A stretch of DNA of 32,668 nucleotides from the sequence record DRR378314_226; one strand, 5' to 3'. Under the pieces are notes generated by a model. That model had not been told where the DNA came from and did not search any database. It saw only the letters and a list, made by a program, of their open reading frames with translations. The position numbers were made by a program, and so were the translations under genes. This document shows positions 16,290 through 24,731 of this stretch, piece after piece; position 1 is the first letter of the stretch; each line of letters starts with the position of its first letter.

Positions 16290-16882
16290 GCAAGGTATCC
16301 GAAAATGGCAATAATAGTGAACAATAAATATTGCAGAGATGTAAATATAAGTCCTTTATAAAGATATAATGGAACCGATATTACATCACCGATAATCCAA
16401 TATACCCAATTTTCAAGTTTTTTCTTGGCCATGAGCCACATTCCCACAAAGAATACGGCCGTTGTAAAGGTGTCTATATAAGCTGTCCAACTATCCAACT
16501 TATCAAATACCACGTATACAAAAACAACAAATAAAATAGTAGCAACAAATAAAAAAACAGTCCATTTTTTCTCTTTGGGGGTCGTTGTAGTTATTGGAAT
16601 AAAATGGGTCTCATCTACCTTTCTAGTCCATATATACCATCCGTAGACACTCATGGCGAAGTAATAGGCATTGATCAGCATATCTCCCAATAACCCAAAA
16701 ACAAAAAGGATATATACAAACAGCCCCGTACTAAGGATTCCTGTAGGGAAAACCAATATATTTTCCCTCATGGAGTACCAAACACTTAAAAATCCGAAAA
16801 ACACCCCTACCATTTCCAAAATTATCAAATGGGTAGGAGTATCTTGGTACTGGGCAAAAATCCATTCAAAAATGGGGCTCAT
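16244..16882 (-). CDS. pnuC: PnuC-family vitamin/nucleoside transporter
   Basis: About 7 hydrophobic segments; YGWYIW, DTFTT, MAKKKLENWVYWIIGD. Confidence 0.9.
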   Translation of the reverse strand: MSPIFEWIFAQYQDTPTHLIILEMVGVFFGFLSVWYSMRENILVFPTGILSTGLFVYILFVFGLLGDMLINAYYFAMSVYGWYIWTRKVDETHFIPITTTTPKEKKWTVFLFVATILFVVFVYVVFDKLDSWTAYIDTFTTAVFFVGMWLMAKKKLENWVYWIIGDVISVPLYLYKGLIFTSLQYLLFTIIAIFGYLAWKKSLNKSPQVLLK

Positions 16883-16970
16883 AGTTACTCCGGTCAGATT
16901 TTAGAATTTACATTTTTATCAAACCACTTTCCAACAATCCCAATGAAGATTTGTTTCCACATTCAAACCT
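16866..16970 (-). pseudogene. Remnant of a small gene (probable YkoF/thiamine-binding-protein family) upstream of pnuC
   Basis: Minus frame reads ...LGLLESGLIKM*ILKSDRSNYEPHF*, with an in-frame TAA at 16908-16910 and a stop overlapping the pnuC start; it resembles the KIVKSDRSDYEPHF ending I recall from intact flavobacterial genes at this position. Confidence 0.6.
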
Positions 16971-17215
16971 TACTTAAACACTGAAGTTATATACGTGATC
17001 CAATAGGTTTATTTTGGTGATTTTAGCAAGGCTTTAAATAATTAATGTTGATCAAAAATAGCCTTTCCCAATAAAAATATTAGGGTTTTTCAGAAAAAAT
17101 ACTTCGGAATTGGTAGGATTATCGCATTTATTCCCGAACAGACAACTAACTAAATCCAAGATTATGAAGCAGTAATATTGGCTATAATAAGACTGGCTGT
17201 AAAGATTTCAGCCCA

Positions 17216-17848
17216 CTAATTTTTAATGGCATACACACAGGTATATCCCTCAAACTCCAAAAATATAATATTGTAGTGGGAGGCCTTTCCCTTATAAAGA
17301 ATGGTGCCAGTAGTCTCTGAGTCGGACAAAGAAAAATCCGTAATATCTATATGGTGCAAAAAACTTAGGCCATGTTGGGCATAAATCTTGTACAAAGATT
17401 CCTTGGCTCCCCAAACAATGGTAAGTTTTCTTACCAAGGCATCCGCATTTGCCACGGTTTTATATTCCTCCAATGGGGTATACTTGTTTGCTATCCTTAG
17501 AATCTTATCACGTTGCATTTCAATGTCGATTCCTACCTCTTTGGTATCCGAAATAATAATTCCCGTAAATTCGTGTGAATGTGTAATGGAGATAAACTTG
17601 CCATCTGTCAAATGCGGTTTGCCCGCATCATCATAAAATAGATCGTGATCAACATAACCCTCTATTGCCATTAAATGTCTTATACTCAAGAACCCCCTTC
17701 TATGCAATTCCGACTTCATTCCCATCATACGTTTTTGGCAATGCGGAGTAAGCACAACCCCTTCAGAAAGTTGGGATTCCGTTTCTTCAACTTTCCAAAT
17801 CAAGACTTTAGCATCGTCCCCGACTGTTATTGTTTTGTAAAGAGGCAT
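17216..17848 (-). CDS. 4'-phosphopantetheinyl transferase (Sfp-like)
   Basis: GKPHL, ISITHS, VGIDIE, WGAKESLYK. Confidence 0.93.
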   Translation of the reverse strand: MPLYKTITVGDDAKVLIWKVEETESQLSEGVVLTPHCQKRMMGMKSELHRRGFLSIRHLMAIEGYVDHDLFYDDAGKPHLTDGKFISITHSHEFTGIIISDTKEVGIDIEMQRDKILRIANKYTPLEEYKTVANADALVRKLTIVWGAKESLYKIYAQHGLSFLHHIDITDFSLSDSETTGTILYKGKASHYNIIFLEFEGYTCVYAIKN

Positions 17849-17868
17849 TAGATTATTTAAGTTATTAC

Positions 17869-17876
17869 TACCTTTG
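17869..17876 (+). promoter_or_regulatory. sigmaA -7 element for ahcY
   Basis: TACCTTTG followed by CA, about 160 nt upstream of the ATG. Confidence 0.55.
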
Positions 17877-18037
17877 CAAATGCAAAATACAAGTATATTG
17901 TTCTATTACTAAAATAAAAATAAAAAAGGAGAAGAAATAGGCTATTCGAAGATATTCTTCATTTAAATTGTTTTTAATTTATTCTTCCGATTTATTTTCA
18001 AACGAATACGAACAACTAACTATAACAAAAAAAGTTT

Positions 18038-19354
18038 ATGAGTACTAAAACCATTCCTTACGTACCCCATAAAGTAAAAGACATTGGCCTGGCCAAATGG
18101 GGAAGAAAAGAAATTGAACTTGCGGAAGCCGAAATGCCCGGACTAATGTCCTTAAGGGAAGAGTACGGAAAAGAACAGCCTCTTAAAGGCGCCCGTATTG
18201 CCGGGTGTTTGCATATGACCATACAAACAGCGGTACTCATCGAGACCTTGGTTGCCCTTGGCGCAGAGGTGACTTGGAGTTCATGTAATATTTTCTCTAC
18301 CCAAGATCAGGCTGCTGCTGCTATAGCCGCAGCCGGGGTTCCTGTATATGCATGGAAGGGAATGAACGAAGAAGAATTTAATTGGGCCATTGAACAGACC
18401 TTGTTTTTCGGAGAAGATCGTCAACCCTTAAACATGATCTTGGATGATGGGGGAGATCTTACCAACATGGTATTGGACAAATACCCAGAATTGGCTTCAG
18501 GTATCAAAGGCCTTTCCGAAGAGACTACCACTGGTGTTCATAGGCTTTATGAAAGGGTGAAAAAAGGAACCTTGCCAATGCCCGCCATCAATGTTAACGA
18601 TTCTGTTACAAAATCCAAATTCGACAACAAATACGGTTGTAGGGAAAGTGCAGTGGATGCTATTCGCAGGGCTACGGATACAATGCTTGCGGGCAAAAGA
18701 GTTGTAGTTGCCGGATACGGTGATGTAGGAAAGGGTACAGCAGCTTCTTTTAAAGGTGCGGGGTCTATTGTTACAGTTACCGAAATTGATCCAATTTGTG
18801 CCTTACAGGCAGCTATGGACGGTTTTGAGGTAAAGAAAATGGATACAGTGGTTGGAAATGCCGATATCGTAATAACCACTACCGGAAATAAGGATATTAT
18901 TCAGTCGCAGCATTTTAAAGCGATGAAAGACAAAGTCATAGTGTGTAATATTGGCCATTTCGACAATGAAATAGACATGTCATGGTTGAACAAAAATTAC
19001 GGCCATACCAAGGATGAAATAAAACCACAGGTTGACAAATACACCCTTGAAGGAAAGGATATTATTGTTTTGGCAGAAGGTAGATTGGTAAACTTGGGAT
19101 GCGCTACCGGTCATCCAAGTTTTGTAATGAGCAACTCCTTCACCAACCAAACCTTGGCGCAAATGGAACTATGGAACCATAGTGACAAATACAATAATGA
19201 CGTTTATATGCTTCCAAAACATTTGGACGAAAAAGTGGCCGCTTTGCACCTATCCCGATTGGGAGTGGAATTGGAAACTTTAAGACCAGAACAGGCAGAA
19301 TATATTGGAGTAACCGTAGAGGGTCCTTTTAAGCCCGATTATTATAGGTACTAG
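18038..19354 (+). CDS. ahcY: Adenosylhomocysteinase
   Basis: [60 protein letters not shown]-terminal YRY. Confidence 0.98.
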   Translation: MSTKTIPYVPHKVKDIGLAKWGRKEIELAEAEMPGLMSLREEYGKEQPLKGARIAGCLHMTIQTAVLIETLVALGAEVTWSSCNIFSTQDQAAAAIAAAGVPVYAWKGMNEEEFNWAIEQTLFFGEDRQPLNMILDDGGDLTNMVLDKYPELASGIKGLSEETTTGVHRLYERVKKGTLPMPAINVNDSVTKSKFDNKYGCRESAVDAIRRATDTMLAGKRVVVAGYGDVGKGTAASFKGAGSIVTVTEIDPICALQAAMDGFEVKKMDTVVGNADIVITTTGNKDIIQSQHFKAMKDKVIVCNIGHFDNEIDMSWLNKNYGHTKDEIKPQVDKYTLEGKDIIVLAEGRLVNLGCATGHPSFVMSNSFTNQTLAQMELWNHSDKYNNDVYMLPKHLDEKVAALHLSRLGVELETLRPEQAEYIGVTVEGPFKPDYYRY

Positions 19355-19402
19355 ACTGCCTTCTTGTTTGGAAAGATTCAAGAATCCATTATAATACAAA
19401 AC

Positions 19403-19444
19403 CAAAATCCTTATCACTCAAACAGATAAGGATTTTGATTTTTT
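19403..19444 (+). terminator. Intrinsic terminator after ahcY
   Basis: CAAAATCCTTATC-9nt-GATAAGGATTTTG followed by ATTTTTT. Confidence 0.8.
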
Positions 19445-19462
19445 AATTCCTACACCAACTTA

Positions 19463-20566
19463 ATGAACATACTCTTAACCGGAGCTACTGGAACCTTAGG
19501 TTCTAGAGTATTATTTTCGCTTTTGGAACTTCGCTTTCAAAGTATAGACAACATTTACCTCCCCGTTCGTAAGAAAACTTCTGTTGGACCTGAACAACGA
19601 ATCATAAATGTAGTATCAAGCGAGTTCGCAACAGATTTTGTAAAAAAGAACCTTCCTGAAGTCTTAAAAAAAATAGTCACGGTAGATGCGGAAGAATTAT
19701 TAAATCCGGCTTCTTTTCTAGGAAATAATAAGTTGGATTATTTTATACACTCGGCCGGGTATGTCAATTTATCAACTGATCCTGCCGCCAAGGAGGAAAT
19801 ATTCTATCAAAATTTACAGTTTACCAAAGATATATTCAATACCTATTGCAGCCATATTGTAAAATTCGTCTATATAAGTACGGCATTTGCCGCAGGAAAT
19901 ATAGGCGGATTATTGCACAACGATTATACCAACATAAAAAACGGTAATTACCGCAATCATTACGAAGCCTCCAAACACGCTTCGGAAAAGTTCCTGTTAA
20001 AAGCTGGTAAGGCAAAAAATATTCCAATTCAAATTTTGCGGCCCAGTGTACTTGGGGGAAATATTTATGGGAGCCCAAATTATTTTATATCAAAATACAT
20101 GGTCTTTTATCTCTTTGCGAAGTTTTTTCACAATAGCAGCTCGAAGGACGCCATACGTATTACTACCAAAACGGACACTGGGTTAAATATTATTCCAACG
20201 GACTATGCCGCTCAGGTAATTGCCATGGTCATTTCTACAGAAATTCAACAACTGAACATTGTTAATTCCAAAGAGACGAACATGAAAAAAGGCATTGCCA
20301 AAATTTTGAAGGTCGTAGGCTTCTCCAATTTTAGCTTTACCGAAGATAAAATTAATACCTCAACAGGATTTTCTTCAAAGTTGGAAGAGTTTTACTACGA
20401 AACCATTGGACTGCATTTACACCCCTACATGACCTCTAAACCCAATGAATGGGACACAAGCCTATTAGAGAGTATCTTGCCCATACCTAACTACAACCTA
20501 GTGGATTATTTATCTGAAACAGTTGCTTTTGCCAAGGCCAAGAATTTTAGAAATCAGAAGTGGTAA
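19463..20566 (+). CDS. Extended SDR oxidoreductase (male-sterility/thioester-reductase-like)
   Basis: LTGATGTLG, IHSAGYV, YISTAF, catalytic YEASK, ILRPS. Confidence 0.85.
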   Translation: MNILLTGATGTLGSRVLFSLLELRFQSIDNIYLPVRKKTSVGPEQRIINVVSSEFATDFVKKNLPEVLKKIVTVDAEELLNPASFLGNNKLDYFIHSAGYVNLSTDPAAKEEIFYQNLQFTKDIFNTYCSHIVKFVYISTAFAAGNIGGLLHNDYTNIKNGNYRNHYEASKHASEKFLLKAGKAKNIPIQILRPSVLGGNIYGSPNYFISKYMVFYLFAKFFHNSSSKDAIRITTKTDTGLNIIPTDYAAQVIAMVISTEIQQLNIVNSKETNMKKGIAKILKVVGFSNFSFTEDKINTSTGFSSKLEEFYYETIGLHLHPYMTSKPNEWDTSLLESILPIPNYNLVDYLSETVAFAKAKNFRNQKW

Positions 20567-20592
20567 ATACGCTACTTAAAAATTTCCGGATC

Positions 20593-21618
20593 TTAATTGG
20601 CATTGTCAAGTCCCAGCTTTTCCAAATCATAAAGATAAAAATTCCGTTCGTCGTTCATGGCCACAAAAAGTCCATTTTTAAACGTCGAATTAAGAGGTAC
20701 AGTAACCACCTCACAGCCATCGGTTTCCCGTGTGGATAGGTTCACGGCCTTTATAAATTGGTTGGTAGTTCTTGAAAAAATATTGAACTGACCTTTTTGT
20801 TGGTCGGATACAATTAAATAACCCTCGCCATTGTCATAACGGGCAATTGCGATTCCTTCTATATCCGATTTAAAATAGTCCATTCCAAAACAGCTTATTT
20901 CGGCATTGCCCATAGTAGGTTCTGCATAATATTTTCGAATACAATGTTGCTCATCAGAATAATAAATAAAACCCAGTTCATGATCCACAGCAATAGCCTC
21001 TATCTCTTTTTTACCACTGAATTTTCCAAACTTACGCACCAACTCTGCCTTTACATTGCCCCTGTTTCCGGCAGACAATTTATATTGCTCCAAATAATTG
21101 TCCAAAGGTCCTGTTTTACGACCCACTATGGCATAAATTGTACTGTCTTTGGGCGACCTATACAAACTTACACCCATTGGCAGCTTTAGTTCTGGATCAG
21201 TTTCCTCGGTAAAAACCAGAATCCCCCCACCATCAAGGGGCTCCATATCCGGAACGGAAAACACTCGGATCTGGCTTTTTTCGCGCTCAGTAAATACCAA
21301 GATATCAACTCTGGTGGAATCATTTAATTTAAGACCATATGCCACGTCCACATTATTTGGCCTTTTCATGTTTTTAAGGGACTTATCCTCAATTATCTTG
21401 CCCTCCAAATCGAAGGCATAAATTGCCCCATTGGATTCCTTATCAGTTCCAAACACAATACTCTTGGAGCTATCTGCAGGGTTTATCCAGATAGCGGGAT
21501 CATCGGTATCGTTAATTGTTCTTTCTGTAATTACATTGGGCGCTATTGGCGGTAACTTACTGAATTTACATGAAACCGAAATGACAATTGTAAATGCAGT
21601 GAAAAAAAGTTTTTTCAT
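20593..21618 (-). CDS. Beta-propeller phytase (3-phytase), lipoprotein
   Basis: Start moved to MKKLFF with lipobox SVSC; DTDDPAIWI, PNNVD, EIEAIAVD, DIEGIA, VSDQ, ETDG, GLFVAMND. Confidence 0.92.
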   Translation of the reverse strand: MKKLFFTAFTIVISVSCKFSKLPPIAPNVITERTINDTDDPAIWINPADSSKSIVFGTDKESNGAIYAFDLEGKIIEDKSLKNMKRPNNVDVAYGLKLNDSTRVDILVFTEREKSQIRVFSVPDMEPLDGGGILVFTEETDPELKLPMGVSLYRSPKDSTIYAIVGRKTGPLDNYLEQYKLSAGNRGNVKAELVRKFGKFSGKKEIEAIAVDHELGFIYYSDEQHCIRKYYAEPTMGNAEISCFGMDYFKSDIEGIAIARYDNGEGYLIVSDQQKGQFNIFSRTTNQFIKAVNLSTRETDGCEVVTVPLNSTFKNGLFVAMNDERNFYLYDLEKLGLDNAN

Positions 21619-21700
21619 TATAGAATATTTAATATGACCATCAATAATTTTAAAGGCCCTTTTACCTAATAAAGTTAATCTTGGTACCAAGACTTTAATC

Positions 21701-24565
21701 CTATTTTTTAAACAAGTCATACTTTAGACCAAAGGTCAAGCGTTGTCCATAGTATTCCATCTGCTGGGTACGGCTCTTAACACTTTGAAAATAACGCAAA
21801 GGTTGATCGGTAATATTATTAATTTCGGCATAGACTCTTAAGCTTCTACTGATGGCAAAGGAAGCATTGAAATCCAGGAAAAATTGTGTGTCGTAATAGC
21901 GATCCTCAAACTCGTTTCCACCTAGCTCATCAATATAGGCATCCGAAAAATTGGCCGAAAGTCGCGCTGAAAACTTTTTATCGCTGTATCCTAGGGAAGC
22001 ATTAAAAGTATTTGGAGTTGTATTTGGCAGATCTATATCCTCGCGCTCGTCCCCATCCTCATTCCTAATGCCGTTGGCAGAGGAGGAAATATAAGTATAG
22101 TTTAGATATAAACCTAGGTATTTTGCAAAACCGGGAAGAAAATCCAACTGACGTTGAAAAGCAAATTCTGCACCAAATATTGAGGCTCCATCCCCATTAA
22201 GGGGTTGAAATACCTCGTATCCCGAAGTGCCTGCACCATAAAAATCATCTGTAGCCTCCCCTCTATTGGTATAAATAAAATTATCTATACTCTTATAAAA
22301 CAAGCCACCTGAAATAATACCCACATTCTTAAAATAATGCTCGGCCATCAAATCAAAATTCATAGAGGTTGTTGCTTCCAGTTCGGGGTTACCCACTACA
22401 ATTTCTTCATCCCCCGAAATAATATCCAGAGAAGGAACCAGATCAGCGTAGTTTGGCCTTGCCAGGGTATTGGTCCAAGCAAAACGCAATATGGAGTTAT
22501 CAGTAAGATTGTATTTAAAATGTACACCTGGCATTATATTGGTATAAGAACTCTTTTCTGTAATCTCGCCTTCCAAGTTTTCTTCATCTGCTATTCTATT
22601 ACCGACTGCCGTAACATTAGTGGCCTCCAACCTTAACCCTACCAGCATACTGAAATTGTACGTAATTTTTTGATTGGTCATGGCATAGCCGGCATAAACA
22701 GATTCATCCACATTAAAATTAGCTCTTAGGAATTCATCCGGCACCGATTCCCCGTCTACCAGATTTAATCCGCCCAACCATTTTTCGTCCGCGAAAGAAC
22801 CAATTAAATATTGGCTGCCAGCTAAAAAATTATAGTCAGAATAGTCCTTTACGGGTACATCGGCCAAGGTGGGATAGCTATCCTCTAGGTCAAATTCAAA
22901 AAAATTATTATCCCTAAATTTTGACTTCAATCTCGCCTTTCCTCCAAATTTAATGGTCCCGTCCCCAGCACCAAAAAAGTCGGAAGGCAGTACAAAATTT
23001 ACAAAAATGTTAAAATCCTCTTCCTCTGTATATTGGTTTTCCTCTGTAAGTTCATCATATTCAAAATTACCAAGGCTAGCATCCAACTCGTTCTCCACTC
23101 TCATAATAGGAAATCTGGTATTGCTATTATCGTTTAAAACTGAATACTCTGACGTAAAGCTCACATATCGTTCATTCAATCTTTCCTCGGAGGCTTTGGC
23201 ATAGGAGACCATCCAATCCAGCTTTAAGGCACCTAATAAATGATCTCCTCCCAAACTGTAGTTTTGCATACGTTGATCTTCCAAGCGCCTGTTTTTACCC
23301 CTCTTATTATCAATACCCCCTTTGGTTTCCCTTGCTGCTTCCACAGGGAATCTTGTGAGCCTTCCATTGGTTATAGTAAAATCCGACAGCTCAATATCCT
23401 CAGGATCCAATATCTCACTCTGTAGTCTAAATCTATTTTCCCTATCGTCTCTCCAGTTATAAATGGTTTTTACAAAAATGGAGTTATTGGCATTAAACCT
23501 GTAGTCCATATTTGCTGAAAAACTTCTTCTTATACGCTGCACCAAATACTCGCGCTGTTCGTAAACATTTGTGTAGGGCGCAACGTCCACTTCTTCCAGA
23601 ATAGGCTCACCTTCTGCATCATCCACACCGGTATAGTACTCAAATTCATCTGTCCACTCCGCTTCCACGTTGTCAGAACCAAAATCATTATTGTTATATG
23701 AAGAAGATATCATCCAGCCAAATTTGCCATTTTTACTCCTATCACCCAAAAGAAATGAACCGTTCCAAATAGGTTTATCCGTAATAAAATTAATTCCGGA
23801 CCCGGTCGTGGCAGATAGTCTAAATCCTTGAGGGGAAGCTCTAGTAATCAAATTAATCGATCCCCCTAAGGCATCTGCATCCATATCCGGTCTAACCGCC
23901 TTACTGACCTCTATGGTCTGGATCATATCCGCCGGTATAAGATCCATCTGAACATTTCTATTGTCACCTTCCGCGGAAGGAATGCGACTACCATTTAAGG
24001 TCACCGAATTCAATTGAGGAGAAAGTCCACGCACTATAACATTCCTTGCCTCCCCTTGATCAACCTGCATGGTAATACCAGGAATACGCTTCACGGCATC
24101 CCCTATATTGGAATCTGGAAATTTACCAATCTGATCTGTAGAAACCACATTGGTAATATTTAAATTGTTCTTTTGTGTATTAAGCGCCTTGGCCTGACTT
24201 CCCAAACCAAAACCAGTAACCACAGCACCTTCCAATTCCACAGCTTTAGGGCTTATAAAAATGGTAACAGTGGCAGTTTTATCAGCCTCCACCAATACTT
24301 CTTGTTCCACATCCGTGTAACCCAAATAGGTAAAAGTAAGGGTATGTACCCCAGCAGGGACATTTATTAGGGAAAAACGTCCGTCAAAATCGGATATTGC
24401 TCCTTTATCTATATCGGATATTACAATATTGGCTCCTGGTAAGCTTAGACCGTTTTCATCTGATACCGTACCTTGAATATTTCCATTTTGGGCGAATATT
24501 GACCCACTAAAACAAGCAACAAATAGTGTAAAAAATACTAATTTTAAGAATTTAGCTGATTTCAT
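21701..24565 (-). CDS. TonB-dependent receptor associated with phytase
   Basis: Start moved to MKSAKF; N-terminal carboxypeptidase-regulatory-like domain, plug IGKFPDSNIGDAVKRIPG and DQGEAR...VRGL, barrel end FGLKYDLF. Confidence 0.92.
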   Translation of the reverse strand: MKSAKFLKLVFFTLFVACFSGSIFAQNGNIQGTVSDENGLSLPGANIVISDIDKGAISDFDGRFSLINVPAGVHTLTFTYLGYTDVEQEVLVEADKTATVTIFISPKAVELEGAVVTGFGLGSQAKALNTQKNNLNITNVVSTDQIGKFPDSNIGDAVKRIPGITMQVDQGEARNVIVRGLSPQLNSVTLNGSRIPSAEGDNRNVQMDLIPADMIQTIEVSKAVRPDMDADALGGSINLITRASPQGFRLSATTGSGINFITDKPIWNGSFLLGDRSKNGKFGWMISSSYNNNDFGSDNVEAEWTDEFEYYTGVDDAEGEPILEEVDVAPYTNVYEQREYLVQRIRRSFSANMDYRFNANNSIFVKTIYNWRDDRENRFRLQSEILDPEDIELSDFTITNGRLTRFPVEAARETKGGIDNKRGKNRRLEDQRMQNYSLGGDHLLGALKLDWMVSYAKASEERLNERYVSFTSEYSVLNDNSNTRFPIMRVENELDASLGNFEYDELTEENQYTEEEDFNIFVNFVLPSDFFGAGDGTIKFGGKARLKSKFRDNNFFEFDLEDSYPTLADVPVKDYSDYNFLAGSQYLIGSFADEKWLGGLNLVDGESVPDEFLRANFNVDESVYAGYAMTNQKITYNFSMLVGLRLEATNVTAVGNRIADEENLEGEITEKSSYTNIMPGVHFKYNLTDNSILRFAWTNTLARPNYADLVPSLDIISGDEEIVVGNPELEATTSMNFDLMAEHYFKNVGIISGGLFYKSIDNFIYTNRGEATDDFYGAGTSGYEVFQPLNGDGASIFGAEFAFQRQLDFLPGFAKYLGLYLNYTYISSSANGIRNEDGDEREDIDLPNTTPNTFNASLGYSDKKFSARLSANFSDAYIDELGGNEFEDRYYDTQFFLDFNASFAISRSLRVYAEINNITDQPLRYFQSVKSRTQQMEYYGQRLTFGLKYDLFKK

Positions 24566-24586
24566 TTTATTGGTTTTTTGTACATC

Positions 24587-24594
24587 CAAAAATA
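24587..24594 (-). promoter_or_regulatory. sigmaA -7 element for the TBDR-phytase operon
   Basis: Minus strand TATTTTTG, 22 nt before the ATG. Confidence 0.6.
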
Positions 24595-24626
24595 TGTAAA
24601 TCAACACTGTACAATGTTTTTTTAAG

Positions 24627-24677
24627 GGAAACAAAAAGGAAACATTTTTACAATACCAAGGAAACAAGAAGGCAACA
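24627..24677. repeat. 11-bp-periodic direct-repeat array (candidate operator)
   Basis: GGAAACA at 24627, 24638 and 24660; GGCAACA at 24671. Confidence 0.7.
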
Positions 24678-24731
24678 AAAAGAATTAATTTACATTAAAA
24701 TAACCCTTTGTAAACAAATGGCAATATGCCT

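Noticed and set aside
17877-18037. SAH or SAM riboswitch before ahcY
   Set aside because: The conserved cores (e.g. GAGGAGCG...AGGCUC for SAH; AUC-AGA...GCAACC for SAM-I) are absent
17216-20566. PPTase plus thioester-reductase-like SDR as a biosynthetic gene cluster
   Set aside because: No carrier protein, NRPS or PKS in the window; the genes are in different transcription units separated by ahcY and its terminator
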